Source: Auanema rhodensis (lineage: Eukaryota > Animalia > Nematoda). Taken from it: a DNA stretch of 64,000 bases. The translations under genes were made by a program, and so were the position numbers. This document shows, piece after piece, positions 11,584 to 25,623 of this stretch; the first letter of the stretch is position 1; the number at the start of each line of letters is the position of its first letter. The notes below the pieces were generated by a model. It did not search any database and had not been told where the DNA came from. It saw only the letters and a program-made list of their open reading frames with translations. The stretch is taken from contig OZ059896.1 in NCBI GenBank assembly GCA_964057225.1, positions 21,948,001-22,012,000 on the forward strand, read 5' to 3'.

Positions 11584-14500
11584 TCGAAAACATTTTTGTC
11601 AAAATGTTTTTGGAAACAATGTTGAGTGTACATGGAAACTCAACATACACTAATGCATCATTTTTCAAACGATCATAACTAATTTTTGTATTAAGCGTTT
11701 CTCAATGTAGTATAGTGCATTCGATGCGGATTTTTAAGCTGCGTCGATCTGTGTTATCAGATTTGCGCTAGCTTAAAAATGCACCGAGATATCAACTGAT
11801 ATAAGTTCACACTTATATCCTCGATTTTCACCCTGAAGAATTAATTTTTTCGTCGAATAACATTGTCCATCGTCTTTGCTTTGAAAAAAGGAATCTAAAA
11901 ACATCTACTTTTTGCTAAATTATTTTGAAATTTTTCGAAAAAATTTTTGTCAAAATGTTTTTGGAAGCAATGTTGAGTGTACATGGAAACTCAACATACA
12001 CTAATGCATCATGTTTCAAACGATCATAACTAATTTTTGTATTAAGCGTTTCTCAAGGTAGTATAGTGCATTCGATGCGGATTTTTAAGCTGCGTCGATC
12101 TGTGTTATCAGATTTGCGCTAGCTTAAAAATGCACCGAGATATCAACTGATATCTGTTCACACTTATATCCTCGATTTTCACCCTGAAGAATTATTTTTT
12201 TCGTTGAATAACATTGTCCATCGTCTTTGCCTTGAAAAAAGGAATCTAAAAACATCTACTTTTTGCTAAATTATTTTGAAATTTTTCGAAAAAAATTTTG
12301 TCAAAATGTTTTTGGAAACAATGTTGATTGTACATGGAAACTCAACATACACTAATGCATCATTTTTCAAACGATCATAACTAATTTTTGTATTAAGCGT
12401 TTCTCAATGTAGTTTAGTGCATTCGATGCGGATTTTTAAGCTGCGTCGATCTGTGTTATCAGATTTGCGCTAGCTTAAAAATGCACCGAGATATCAACTG
12501 ATATCTGTTCACACTTATATCCTCGATTTTCACCCTGAAGAATTATTTTTTTCGTTGAATAACCATGTCCATCGTCTTTGCCTTGAAAAAAGGAATCTAA
12601 AAACATCTACTTTTTGCTAAATTATTTTGAAATTTTTCGAAAAAAATTTTGTCAAAATGTTTTTGGAAACAATGTTGATTGTACATGGAAACTCAACATA
12701 CACTAATGCATCATTTTTCAAACGATCATAACTAATTTTTGTATTAAGCGTTTCTCAATGTAGTATAGTGCATTCGATGCGGATTTTTAAGCTGCGTCGA
12801 TCTGTGTTATCAGATTTGCGCTAGCTTAAAAATGCACCGAGATATCAACTGATATAAGTTCACACTTATATCCTCGATTTTCACCCTGAAGAATTAATTT
12901 TTTCGTTGAATAACAATGTCCATCGTCTTTGCCTTGAAAAAAGGAATCTAAAAACATCTACTTTTTGCTAAATTATTTTGAAATTTTTCGAAAAAATTTT
13001 TGTCAAAATGTTTTTGGAAGCAATGTTGAGTGTACATGGAAACTCAACATACACTAATGCATCATTTTTCAAACGATCATAACTAATTTTTGTATTAAGC
13101 GTTTCTCAATGTAGTATAGTGCATTCGATGCGGATTTTTAAGCTGCGTCGATCTGTGTTATCAGATTTGCGCTAGCTTAAAAATGCACCGAGATATCAAC
13201 TGATATAAGTTCACACTTATATCCTCGATTTTCACCCTGAAGAATTAATTTTTTCGTTGAATAACATTGTCCATCGTCTTTGCTTTGAAAAAAGGAATCT
13301 GAAAACATCTACTTTTTGCTAAATTATTTTGAAATTTTTCGAAAACATTTTTGTCAAAATGTTTTTGGAAACAATGTTGAGTGTACATGGAAACTCAACA
13401 TACACTAATGCATCATTTTTCAAACGATCATAACTAATTTTTGTATTAAGCGTTTCTCAATGTAGTATAGTGCATTCGATGCGGATTTTTAAGCTGCGTC
13501 GATCTGTGTTATCAGATTTGCGCTAGCTTAAAAATGCACCGAGATATCAACTGATATAAGTTCACACTTATATCCTCGATTTTCACCCTGAAGAATTAAT
13601 TTTTTCGTCGAATAACATTGTCCATCGTCTTTGCTTTGAAAAAAGGAATCTAAAAACATCTACTTTTTGCTAAATTATTTTGAAATTTTTCGAAAAAATT
13701 TTTGTCAAAATGTTTTTGGAAGCAATGTTGAGTGTACATGGAAACTCAACATACACTAATGCATCATGTTTCAAACGATCATAACTAATTTTTGTATTAA
13801 GCGTTTCTCAAGGTAGTATAGTGCATTCGATGCGGATTTTTAAGCTGCGTCGATCTGTGTTATCAGATTTGCGCTAGCTTAAAAATGCACCGAGATATCA
13901 ACTGATATCTGTTCACACTTATATCCTCGATTTTCACCCTGAAGAATTATTTTTTTCGTTGAATAACATTGTCCATCGTCTTTGCCTTGAAAAAAGGAAT
14001 CTAAAAACATCTACTTTTTGCTAAATTATTTTGAAATTTTTCGAAAAAAATTTTGTCAAAATGTTTTTGGAAACAATGTTGATTGTACATGGAAACTCAA
14101 CATACACTAATGCATCATTTTTCAAACGATCATAACTAATTTTTGTATTAAGCGTTTCTCAATGTAGTTTAGTGCATTCGATGCGGATTTTTAAGCTGCG
14201 TCGATCTGTGTTATCAGATTTGCGCTAGCTTAAAAATGCACCGAGATATCAACTGATATCTGTTCACACTTATATCCTCGATTTTCACCCTGAAGAATTA
14301 TTTTTTTCGTTGAATAACCATGTCCATCGTCTTTGCCTTGAAAAAAGGAATCTAAAAACATCTACTTTTTGCTAAATTATTTTGAAATTTTTCGAAAAAA
14401 ATTTTGTCAAAATGTTTTTGGAAACAATGTTGATTGTACATGGAAACTCAACATACACTAATGCATCATTTTTCAAACGATCATAACTAATTTTTGTATT

Positions 14501-16848
14501 AAGCGTTTCTCAATGTAGTATAGTGCATTCGATGCGGATTTTTAAGCTGCGTCGATCTGTGTTATCAGATTTGCGCTAGCTTAAAAATGCACCGAGATAT
14601 CAACTGATATAAGTTCACACTTATATCCTCGATTTTCACCCTGAAGAATTAATTTTTTCGTTGAATAACAATGTCCATCGTCTTTGCCTTGAAAAAAGGA
14701 ATCTAAAAACATCTACTTTTTGCTAAATTATTTTGAAATTTTTCGAAAAAATTTTTGTCAAAATGTTTTTGGAAGCAATGTTGAGTGTACATGGAAACTC
14801 AACATACACTAATGCATCATTTTTCAAACGATCATAACTAATTTTTGTATTAAGCGTTTCTCAATGTAGTATAGTGCATTCGATGCGGATTTTTAAGCTG
14901 CGTCGATCTGTGTTATCAGATTTGCCCTAGCTTAAAAATGCACCGAGATATCAACTGATATAAGTTCACACTTATATCCTCGATTTTCACCCTGAAGAAT
15001 TAATTTTTTCGTTGAATAACATTGTCCATCGTCTTTGCTTTGAAAAAAGGAATCTAAAAACATCTACTTTTTGCTAAATTATTTTGAAATTTTTCGAAAA
15101 CATTTTTGTCAAAATGTTTTTGGAAACAATGTTGAGTGTACATGGAAACTCAACATACACTAATGCATCATTTTTCAAACGATCATAACTAATTTTTGTA
15201 TTAAGCGTTTCTCAATGTAGTATAGTGCATTCGATGCGGATTTTTAAGCTGCGTCGATCTGTGTTATCAGATTTGCGCTAGCTTAAAAATGCACCGAGAT
15301 ATCAACTGATATAAGTTCACACTTATATCCTCGATTTTCACCCTGAAGAATTAATTTTTTCGTCGAATAACATTGTCCATCGTCTTTGCTTTGAAAAAAG
15401 GAATCTAAAAACATCTACTTTTTGCTAAATTATTTTGAAATTTTTCGAAAAAATTTTTGTCAAAATGTTTTTGGAAGCAATGTTGAGTGTACATGGAAAC
15501 TCAACATACACTAATGCATCATGTTTCAAACGATCATAACTAATTTTTGTATTAAGCGTTTCTCAAGGTAGTATAGTGCATTCGATGCGGATTTTTAAGC
15601 TGCGTCGATCTGTGTTATCAGATTTGCGCTAGCTTAAAAATGCACCGAGATATCAACTGATATCTGTTCACACTTATATCCTCGATTTTCACCCTGAAGA
15701 ATTATTTTTTTCGTTGAATAACATTGTCCATCGTCTTTGCCTTGAAAAAAGGAATCTAAAAACATCTACTTTTTGCTAAATTATTTTGAAATTTTTCGAA
15801 AAAAATTTTGTCAAAATGTTTTTGGAAACAATGTTGATTGTACATGGAAACTCAACATACACTAATGCATCATTTTTCAAACGATCATAACTAATTTTTG
15901 TATTAAGCGTTTCTCAATGTAGTTTAGTGCATTCGATGCGGATTTTTAAGCTGCGTCGATCTGTGTTATCAGATTTGCGCTAGCTTAAAAATGCACCGAG
16001 ATATCAACTGATATCTGTTCACACTTATATCCTCGATTTTCACCCTGAAGAATTATTTTTTTCGTTGAATAACCATGTCCATCGTCTTTGCCTTGAAAAA
16101 AGGAATCTAAAAACATCTACTTTTTGCTAAATTATTTTGAAATTTTTCGAAAAAAATTTTGTCAAAATGTTTTTGGAAACAATGTTGATTGTACATGGAA
16201 ACTCAACATACACTAATGCATCATTTTTCAAACGATCATAACTAATTTTTGTATTAAGCGTTTCTCAATGTAGTATAGTGCATTCGATGCGGATTTTTAA
16301 GCTGCGTCGATCTGTGTTATCAGATTTGCGCTAGCTTAAAAATGCACCGAGATATCAACTGATATAAGTTCACACTTATATCCTCGATTTTCACCCTGAA
16401 GAATTAATTTTTTCGTTGAATAACAATGTCCATCGTCTTTGCCTTGAAAAAAGGAATCTAAAAACATCTACTTTTTGCTAAATTATTTTGAAATTTTTCG
16501 AAAAAATTTTTGTCAAAATGTTTTTGGAAGCAATGTTGAGTGTACATGGAAACTCAACATACACTAATGCATCATTTTTCAAACGATCATAACTAATTTT
16601 TGTATTAAGCGTTTCTCAATGTAGTATAGTGCATTCGATGCGGATTTTTAAGCTGCGTCGATCTGTGTTATCAGATTTGCGCTAGCTTAAAAATGCACCG
16701 AGATATCAACTGATATAAGTTCACACTTATATCCTCGATTTTCACCCTGAAGAATTAATTTTTTCGTTGAATAACATTGTCCATCGTCTTTGCTTTGAAA
16801 AAAGGAATCTAAAAACATCTACTTTTTGCTAAATTATTTTGAAATTTT
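11584..16848. repeat. 5-monomer (1755 bp) higher-order repeat, three tandem copies
   Basis: GTAGTTTAGTG occurs at 12414, 14169 and 15924. CGAAAACATT occurs at 11591, 13346, 15101 and 16856. The order of monomer haplotypes is the same in each copy. Confidence 0.9.
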
Positions 16849-18999
16849 TCGAAAACATTTTTGTCAAAATGTTTTTGGAAACAATGTTGAGTGTACATGG
16901 AAACTCAACATACACTAATGCATCATTTTTCAAACGATCATAACTAATTTTTGTATTAAGCGTTTCTCAATGTAGTATAGTGCATTCGATGCGGATTTTT
17001 AAGCTGCGTCGATCTGTGTTATCAGATTTGCGCTAGCTTAAAAATGCACCGAGATATCAACTGATATAAGTTCACACTTATATCCTCGATTTTCACCCTG
17101 AAGAATTAATTTTTTCGTCGAATAACATTGTCCATCGTCTTTGCTTTGAAAAAAGGAATCTAGAAACATCTACTTTTTGCTAAATTATTTTGAAATTTTT
17201 CGAAAAAATTTTTGTCAAAATGTTTTTGGAAGCAATGTTGAGTGTACATGGAAACTCAACATACACTAATGCATCATGTTTCAAACGATCATAACTAATT
17301 TCTGTATTAAGCGTTTCTCAATGTAGTATAGTGCATTCGATGCGGATTTTTAAGCTGCGTCGATCTGTGTTATCCGATTTGCGCTAGCTTAAAAATGCAC
17401 CGAGATATCAACTGATATAAGTTCACACTTATATCCTCGATTTTCACCCTGAAGAATTAATTTTTTCGTTGAATAACATTGTCCATCGTCTTTGCTTTGA
17501 AAAAAGGAATCTAAAAACATCTACTTTTTGCTAAATTATTTTGAAATTTTTCGAAAAAATTTTTGTCAAAATGTTTTTGGAAGCAATGTTGAGTGTACAT
17601 GGAAACTCAACATACACTAATGCATCATGTTTCAAACGATCATAACTAATTTTTGTATTAAGCGTTTCTCAAGGTAGTATAGTGCATTCGATGCGGATTT
17701 TTAAGCTGCGTCGATCTGTGTTATCAGATTTGCGCTAGCTTAAAAATGCACCGAGATATCAACTGATATCTGTTCACACTTATATCCTCGATTTTCACCC
17801 TGAAGAATTATTTTTTTCGTTGAATAACATTGTCCATCGTCTTTGCCTTGAAAAAAGGAATCTAAAAACATCTACTTTTTGCTAAATTATTTTGAAATTT
17901 TTCGAAAAAAATTTTGTCAAAATGTTTTTGGAAACAATGTTGATTGTACATGGAAACTCAACATACACTAATGCATCATTTTTCAAACGATCATAACTAA
18001 TTTTTGTATTAAGCGTTTCTCAATGTAGTATAGTGCATTCGATGCGGATTTTTAAGCTGCGTCGATCTGTGTTATCAGATTTGCGCTAGCTTAAAAATGC
18101 ACCGAGATATCAACTGATATCTGTTCACACTTATATCCTCGATTTTCACCCTGAAGAATTATTTTTTTCGTTGAATAACCATGTCCATCGTCTTTGCCTT
18201 GAAAAAAGGAATCTAAAAACATCTACTTTTTGCTAAATTATTTTGAAATTTTTCGAAAAAATTTTTGTCAAAATGTTTTTGGAAACAATGTTGAGTGTAC
18301 ATGGAAACTCAACATACACTAATGCATCATTTTTCAAACGATCATAACTAATTTCTGTATTAAGCGTTTCTCAATGTAGTATAGTGCATTCGATGCGGAT
18401 TTTTAAGCTGCGTCGATCTGTGTTATCCGATTTGCGCTAGCTTAAAAATGCACCGAGATATCAACTGATATAAGTTCACACTTATATCCTCGATTTTCAC
18501 CCTGAAGAATTAATTTTTTCGTTGAATAACATTGTCCATCGTCTTTGCTTCGAAAAAAGGAATCTAAAAACATCTACTTTTTGCTAAATTATTTTGAAAT
18601 TTTTCGAAAAAATTTTTGTCAAAATGTTTTTGGAAGCAATGTTGAGTGTACATGGAAACTCAACATACACTAATGCATCATTTTTCAAACGATCATAACT
18701 AATTTTTGTATTAAGCGTTTCTCAATGTAGTATAGTGCATGCGATGCGGATTTTTAAGCTGCGTCGATCTGTGTTATCAGATTTGCGCTAGCTTAAAAAT
18801 GCACCGAGATATTAACTGATATCTGTTCACACTTATATCCTCGATTTTCACCCTGAAGAATTATTTTTTTCGTTGAATAACCATGTCCATCGTCTTTGCC
18901 TTGAAAAAAGGAATCTAAAAACATCTACTTTTTGCTAAATTATTTTGAAATTTTTCGAAAAAATTTTTGTCAAAATGTTTTTGGAAACAATGTTGAGTG

Positions 19000-21200
19000 T
19001 ACATGGAAACTCAACATACACTAATGCATCATTTTTCAAACGATCATAACTAATTTTTGTATTAAGCGTTTCTCAATGTAGTATAGTGCATTCGATGCGG
19101 ATTTTTAAGCTGCGTCGATCTGTGTTATCAGATTTGCGCTAGCTTAAAAATGCACCGAGATATTAACTGATATCTGTTGACACTTATATCCTCGATTTTC
19201 ACCCTGAAGAATTATTTTTTTCGTTGAATAACCATGTCCATCGTCTTTGCCTTGAAAAAAGGAATCTAAAAACATCTACTTTTTGCTAAATTATTTTGAA
19301 ATTTTTCGAAAAAATTTTTGTCAAAATGTTTTTGGAAACAATGTTGAGTGTACATGGAAACTCAACATACACTAATGCATCATTTTTCAAACGATCATAA
19401 CTAATTTTTGTATTAAGCGTTTCTCAATGTAGTATAGTGCATTCGATGCGGATTTTTAAGCTGCGTCGATCTGTGTTATCAGATTTGCGCTAGCTTAAAA
19501 ATGCACCGAGATATCAACTGATATAAGTTCACACTTATATCCTCGATTTTCACCCTGAAGAATTAATTTTTTCGTTGAATAACAATGTCCATCGTCTTTG
19601 CCTTGAAAAAAGGAATCTAAAAACATCTACTTTTTGCTAAATTATTTTGAAATTTTTCGAAAAAATTTTTGTCAAAATGTTTTTGGAAGCAATGTTGAGT
19701 GTACATGGAAACTCAACATACACTAATGCATCATTTTTCAAACGATAATAACTAATTTTTGTATTAAGCGTTTCTCAATGTAGTATAGTGCATTCGATGC
19801 GGATTTTTAAGCTGCGTCGATCTGTGTTATCAGATTTGCGCTAGCTTAAAAATGCACCGAGATATCAACTGATATAAGTTCACACTTATATCCTCGATTT
19901 TCACCCTGAAGAATTAATTTTTTCGTTGAATAACAATGTCCATCGTCTTTGCCTTGAAAAAAGGAATCTAAAAACATCTACTTTTTGCTAAATTATTTTG
20001 AAATTTTTCGAAAAAATTTTTGTCAAAATGTTTTTGGAAGCAATGTTGAGTGTACATGGAAACTCAACATACACTAATGCATCATTTTTCAAACGATCAT
20101 AACTAATTTTTGTATTAAGCGTTTCTCAATGTAGTATAGTGCATTCGATGCGGATTTTTAAGCTGCGTCGATCTGTGTTATCAGATTTGCGCTAGCTTAA
20201 AAATGCACCGAGATATTAACTGATATCTGTTGACACTTATATCCTCGATTTTCACCCTGAAGAATTATTTTTTTCGTTGAATAACCATGTCCATCGTCTT
20301 TGCCTTGAAAAAAGGAATCTAAAAACATCTACTTTTTGCTAAATTATTTTGAAATTTTTCGAAAAAATTTTTGTCAAAATGTTTTTGGAAACAATGTTGA
20401 GTGTACATGGAAACTCAACATACACTAATGCATCATTTTTCAAACGATCATAACTAATTTTTGTATTAAGCGTTTCTCAATGTAGTATAGTGCATTCGAT
20501 GCGGATTTTTAAGCTGCGTCGATCTGTGTTATCAGATTTGCGCTAGCTTAAAAATGCACCGAGATATCAACTGATATAAGTTCACACTTATATCCTCGAT
20601 TTTCACCCTGAAGAATTAATTTTTTCGTTGAATAACAATGTCCATCGTCTTTGCCTTGAAAAAAGGAATCTAAAAACATCTACTTTTTGCTAAATTATTT
20701 TGAAATTTTTCGAAAAAATTTTTGTCAAAATGTTTTTGGAAGCAATGTTGAGTGTACATGGAAACTCAACATACACTAATGCATCATTTTTCAAACGATA
20801 ATAACTAATTTTTGTATTAAGCGTTTCTCAATGTAGTATAGTGCATTCGATGCGGATTTTTAAGCTGCGTCGATCTGTGTTATCAGATTTGCGCTAGCTT
20901 AAAAATGCACCGAGATATCAACTGATATAAGTTCACACTTATATCCTCGATTTTCACCCTGAAGAATTAATTTTTTCGTTGAATAACAATGTCCATCGTC
21001 TTTGCCTTGAAAAAAGGAATCTAAAAACATCTACTTTTTGCTAAATTATTTTGAAATTTTTCGAAAAAATTTTTGTCAAAATGTTTTTGGAAGCAATGTT
21101 GAGTGTACATGGAAACTCAACATACACTAATGCATCATTTTTCAAACGATCATAACTAATTTTTGTATTAAGCGTTTCTCAATGTAGTATAGTGCATTCG
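19000..21200. repeat. 3-monomer (1053 bp) tandem duplication, approximate ends
   Basis: CTGTTGACAC occurs at 19179 and 20232. AACGATAATA occurs at 19747 and 20800. Confidence 0.8.
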
Positions 21201-24200
21201 ATGCGGATTTTCAAGCTGCGTCGATCTGTGTTATCAGATTTGCGCTAGCTTAAAAATTCACCGAGATATCAACTGATATAAGTTCACACTTATATCCTCG
21301 ATTTTCACCCTGAAGAATTAATTTTTTCGTCGAATAACATTGTCCATCGTCTTTGCTTTGAAAAAAAGAATCTAAAAACATCTACTTTTTGCTAAATTAT
21401 TTTGAAATTTTTCGAAAAAATTTTTGTCAAAATGTTTTTGGAAGCAATGTTGAGTGTACATGGAAACTCAACATACACTAATGCATCAGGTTTCAAACGA
21501 TCATAACTAATTTTTGTATTAAGCGTTTCTCAATGTAGTATAGTGCATTCGATGCGGATTTTTAAGCTGCGTCGATCTGTGTTATCAGATTTGCGCTAGC
21601 TTAAAAATGCACCGAGATATCAACTGATATAAGTTCACACTTATATCCTCGATTTTCACCCTGAAGAATTAATTTTTTCGTCGAATAACATTGTCCATCG
21701 TCTTTGCTTTGAAAAAAGGAATCTAAAAACATCTACTTTTTGCTAAATTATTTTGAAATTTTTCGAAAAAATTTTTGTCAAAATGTTTTTGGAAGCAATG
21801 TTGAGTGTACATGGAAACTCAACATACACTAATGCATCATGTTTCAAACGATCATAACTAATTTTTGTATTAAGCGTTTCTCAATGTAGTATAGTGCATT
21901 CGATGCGGATTTTTAAGCTGCGTCGATCTGTGTTATCAGATTTGCGCTAGCTTAAAAATGCACCGAGATATCAACTGATATAAGTTCACACTTATATCCT
22001 CGATTTTCACCCTGAAGAATTAATTTTTTCGTTGAATAACATTGTCCATCGTCTTTGCTTTGAAAAAAGGAATCTAAAAACATCTACTTTTTGCTAAATT
22101 ATTTTGAAATTTTTCGAAAAAAGTTTTGTCAAAATGTTTTTGGAAACAATGTTGAGTGTACATGGAAACTCAACATACACTAATGCATCATTTTTCGAAC
22201 GATCATAACTAATTTCTGTATTAAGCGTTTCTCAATGTAGTATAGTGCATTCGATGCGGATTTTTAAGCTGCGTCGATCTGTGTTATCAGATTTGCGCTA
22301 GCTTAAAAATGCACCGAGATATCAACTGATATAAGTTCACACTTATATCCTCGATTTTCACCCTGAAGAATTAATTTTTTCGTCGAATAACATTGTCCAT
22401 CGTCTTTGCTTTGAAAAAAAGAATCTAAAAACATCTACTTTTTGCTAAATTATTTTGAAATTTTTCGAAAAAATTTTTGTCAAAATGTTTTTGGAAGCAA
22501 TGTTGAGTGTACATGGAAACTCAACATACACTAATGCATCATTTTTCAAACGATCATAACTAATTTTTGTATTAAGCGTTTCTCAATGTAGTATAGTGCA
22601 TTCGATGCGGATTTTTAAGCTGCGTCGATCTGTGTTATCAGATTTGCGCTAGCTTAAAAATGCACCGAGATATCAACTGATATAAGTTCACACTTATATC
22701 CTCGATTTTCACCCTGAAGAATTAATTTTTTCGTTGAATAACAATGTCCATCGTCTTTGCCTCGAAAAAAGGAATCTAAAAACATCTACTTTTTGCTAAA
22801 TTATTTTGAAATTTTTCGAAAAAATTTTTGTCAAAATGTTTTTGGAAGCAATGTTGAGTGTACATGGAAACTCAACATACACTAATGCATCATTTTTCAA
22901 ACGATCATAACTAATTTTTGTATTAAGCGTTTCTCAATGTAGTATAGTGCATTCGATGCGGATTTTCAAGCTGCGTCGATCTGTGTTATCAGATTTGCGC
23001 TAGCTTAAAAATGCACCGAGATATCAACTGATATAAGTTCACACTTATATCCTCGATTTTCACCCTGAAGAATTAATTTTTTCGTCGAATAACATTGTCC
23101 ATCGTCTTTGCTTTGAAAAAAAGAATCTAAAAACATCTACTTTTTGCTAAATTATTTTGAAATTTTTCGAAAAAATTTTTGTCAAAATGTTTTTGGAAGC
23201 AATGTTGAGTGTACATGGAAACTCAACATACACTAATGCATCATGTTTCAAACGATCATAACTAATTTTTGTATTAAGCGTTTCTCAATGTAGTATAGTG
23301 CATTCGATGCGGATTTTTAAGCTGCGTCGATCTGTGTTATCAGATTTGCGCTAGCTTAAAAATGCACCGAGATATCAACTGATATAAGTTCACACTTATA
23401 TCCTCGATTTTCACCCTGAAGAATTAATTTTTTCGTCGAATAACATTGTCCATCGTCTTTGCTTTGAAAAAAGGAATCTAAAAACATCTACTTTTTGCTA
23501 AATTATTTTGAAATTTTTCGAAAAAATTTTTGTCAAAATGTTTTTGGAAGCAATGTTGAGTGTACATGGAAACTCAACATACACTAATGCATCATGTTTC
23601 AAACGATCATAACTAATTTTTGTATTAAGCGTTTCTCAATGTAGTATAGTGCATTCGATGCGGATTTTTAAGCTGCGTCGATCTGTGTTATCAGATTTGC
23701 GCTAGCTTAAAAATGCACCGAGATATCAACTGATATAAGTTCACACTTATATCCTCGATTTTCACCCTGAAGAATTAATTTTTTCGTCGAATAACATTGT
23801 CCATCGTCTTTGCTTTGAAAAAAAGAATCTAAAAACATCTACTTTTTGCTAAATTATTTTGAAATTTTTCGAAAAAATTTTTGTCAAAATGTTTTTGGAA
23901 GCAATGTTGAGTGTACATGGAAACTCAACATACACTAATGCATCATGTTTCAAACGATCATAACTAATTTTTGTATTAAGCGTTTCTCAATGTAGTATAG
24001 TGCATTCGATGCGGATTTTTAAGCTGCGTCGATCTGTGTTATCAGATTTGCGCTAGCTTAAAAATGCACCGAGATATCAACTGATATAAGTTCACACTTA
24101 TATCCTCGATTTTCACCCTGAAGAATTAATTTTTTCGTCGAATAACATTGTCCATCGTCTTTGCTTTGAAAAAAGGAATCTAAAAACATCTACTTTTTGC

Positions 24201-25623
24201 TAAATTATTTTGAAATTTTTCGAAAAAATTTTTGTCAAAATGTTTTTGGAAGCAATGTTGAGTGTACATGGAAACTCAACATACACTAATGCATCATGTT
24301 TCAAACGATCATAACTAATTTTTGTATTAAGCGTTTCTCAATGTAGTATAGTGCATTCGATGCGGATTTTTAAGCTGCGTCGATCTGTGTTATCAGATTT
24401 GCGCTTGCTTAAAAATGCACCGAGATATCAACTGATATAAGTTCACACTTATATCCTCGATTTTCACCCTGAAGAATTAATTTTTTCGTTGAATAACATT
24501 GTCCATCGTCTTTGCTTTGAAAAAAGGAATCTAAAAACATCTACTTTTTGCTAAATTATTTTGAAATTTTTCGAAAAAAGTTTTGTCAAAATGTTTTTGG
24601 AAACAATGTTGAGTGTACATGGAAACTCAACATACACTAATGCATCATTTTTCGAACGATCATAACTAATTTCTGTATTAAGCGTTTCTCAATGTAGTAT
24701 AGTGCATTCGATGCGGATTTTTAAGCTGCGTCGATCTGTGTTATCAGATTTGCGCTAGCTTAAAAATGCACCGAGATATCAACTGATATAAGTTCACACT
24801 TATATCCTCGATTTTCACCCTGAAGAATTAATTTTTTCGTCGAATAACATTGTCCATCGTCTTTGCTTTGAAAAAAGGAATCTAAAAACATCTACTTTTT
24901 GCTAAATTATTTTGAAATTTTTCGAAAAAATTTTTGTCAAAATGTTTTTGGAAGCAATGTTGAGTGTACATGGAAACTCAACATACACTAATGCATCATT
25001 TTTCAAACGATCATAACTAATTTTTGTATTAAGCGTTTCTCAATGTAGTATAGTGCATTCGATGCGGATTTTTAAGCTGCGTCGATCTGTGTTATCAGAT
25101 TTGCGCTAGCTTAAAAATGCACCGAGATATCAACTGATATAAGTTCACACTTATATCCTCGATTTTCACCCTGAAGAATTAATTTTTTCGTCGAATAACA
25201 TTGTCCATCGTCTTTGCTTTGAAAAAAAGAATCTAAAAACATCTACTTTTTGCTAAATTATTCTGAAATTTTTCGAAAAAATTTTTGTCAAAATGTTTTT
25301 GGAAGCAATGTTGAGTGTACATGGAAACTCAACATACACTAATGCATCATTTTTCAAACGATCATAACTAATTTCTGTATTAAGCGTTTCTCAATGTAGT
25401 ATAGTGCATTCGATGCGGATTTTTAAGCTGCGTCGATCTGTGTTATCAGATTTGCGCTAGCTTAAAAATGCACCGAGATATCAACTGATATAAGTTCACA
25501 CTTGTATCCTCGATTTTCACCCTGAAGAATTAATTTTTTCGTCGAATAACATTGTCCATCGTCTTTGCTTTGAAAAAAGGAATCTAAAAACATCTACTTT
25601 TTGCTAAATTATTTTGAAATTTT

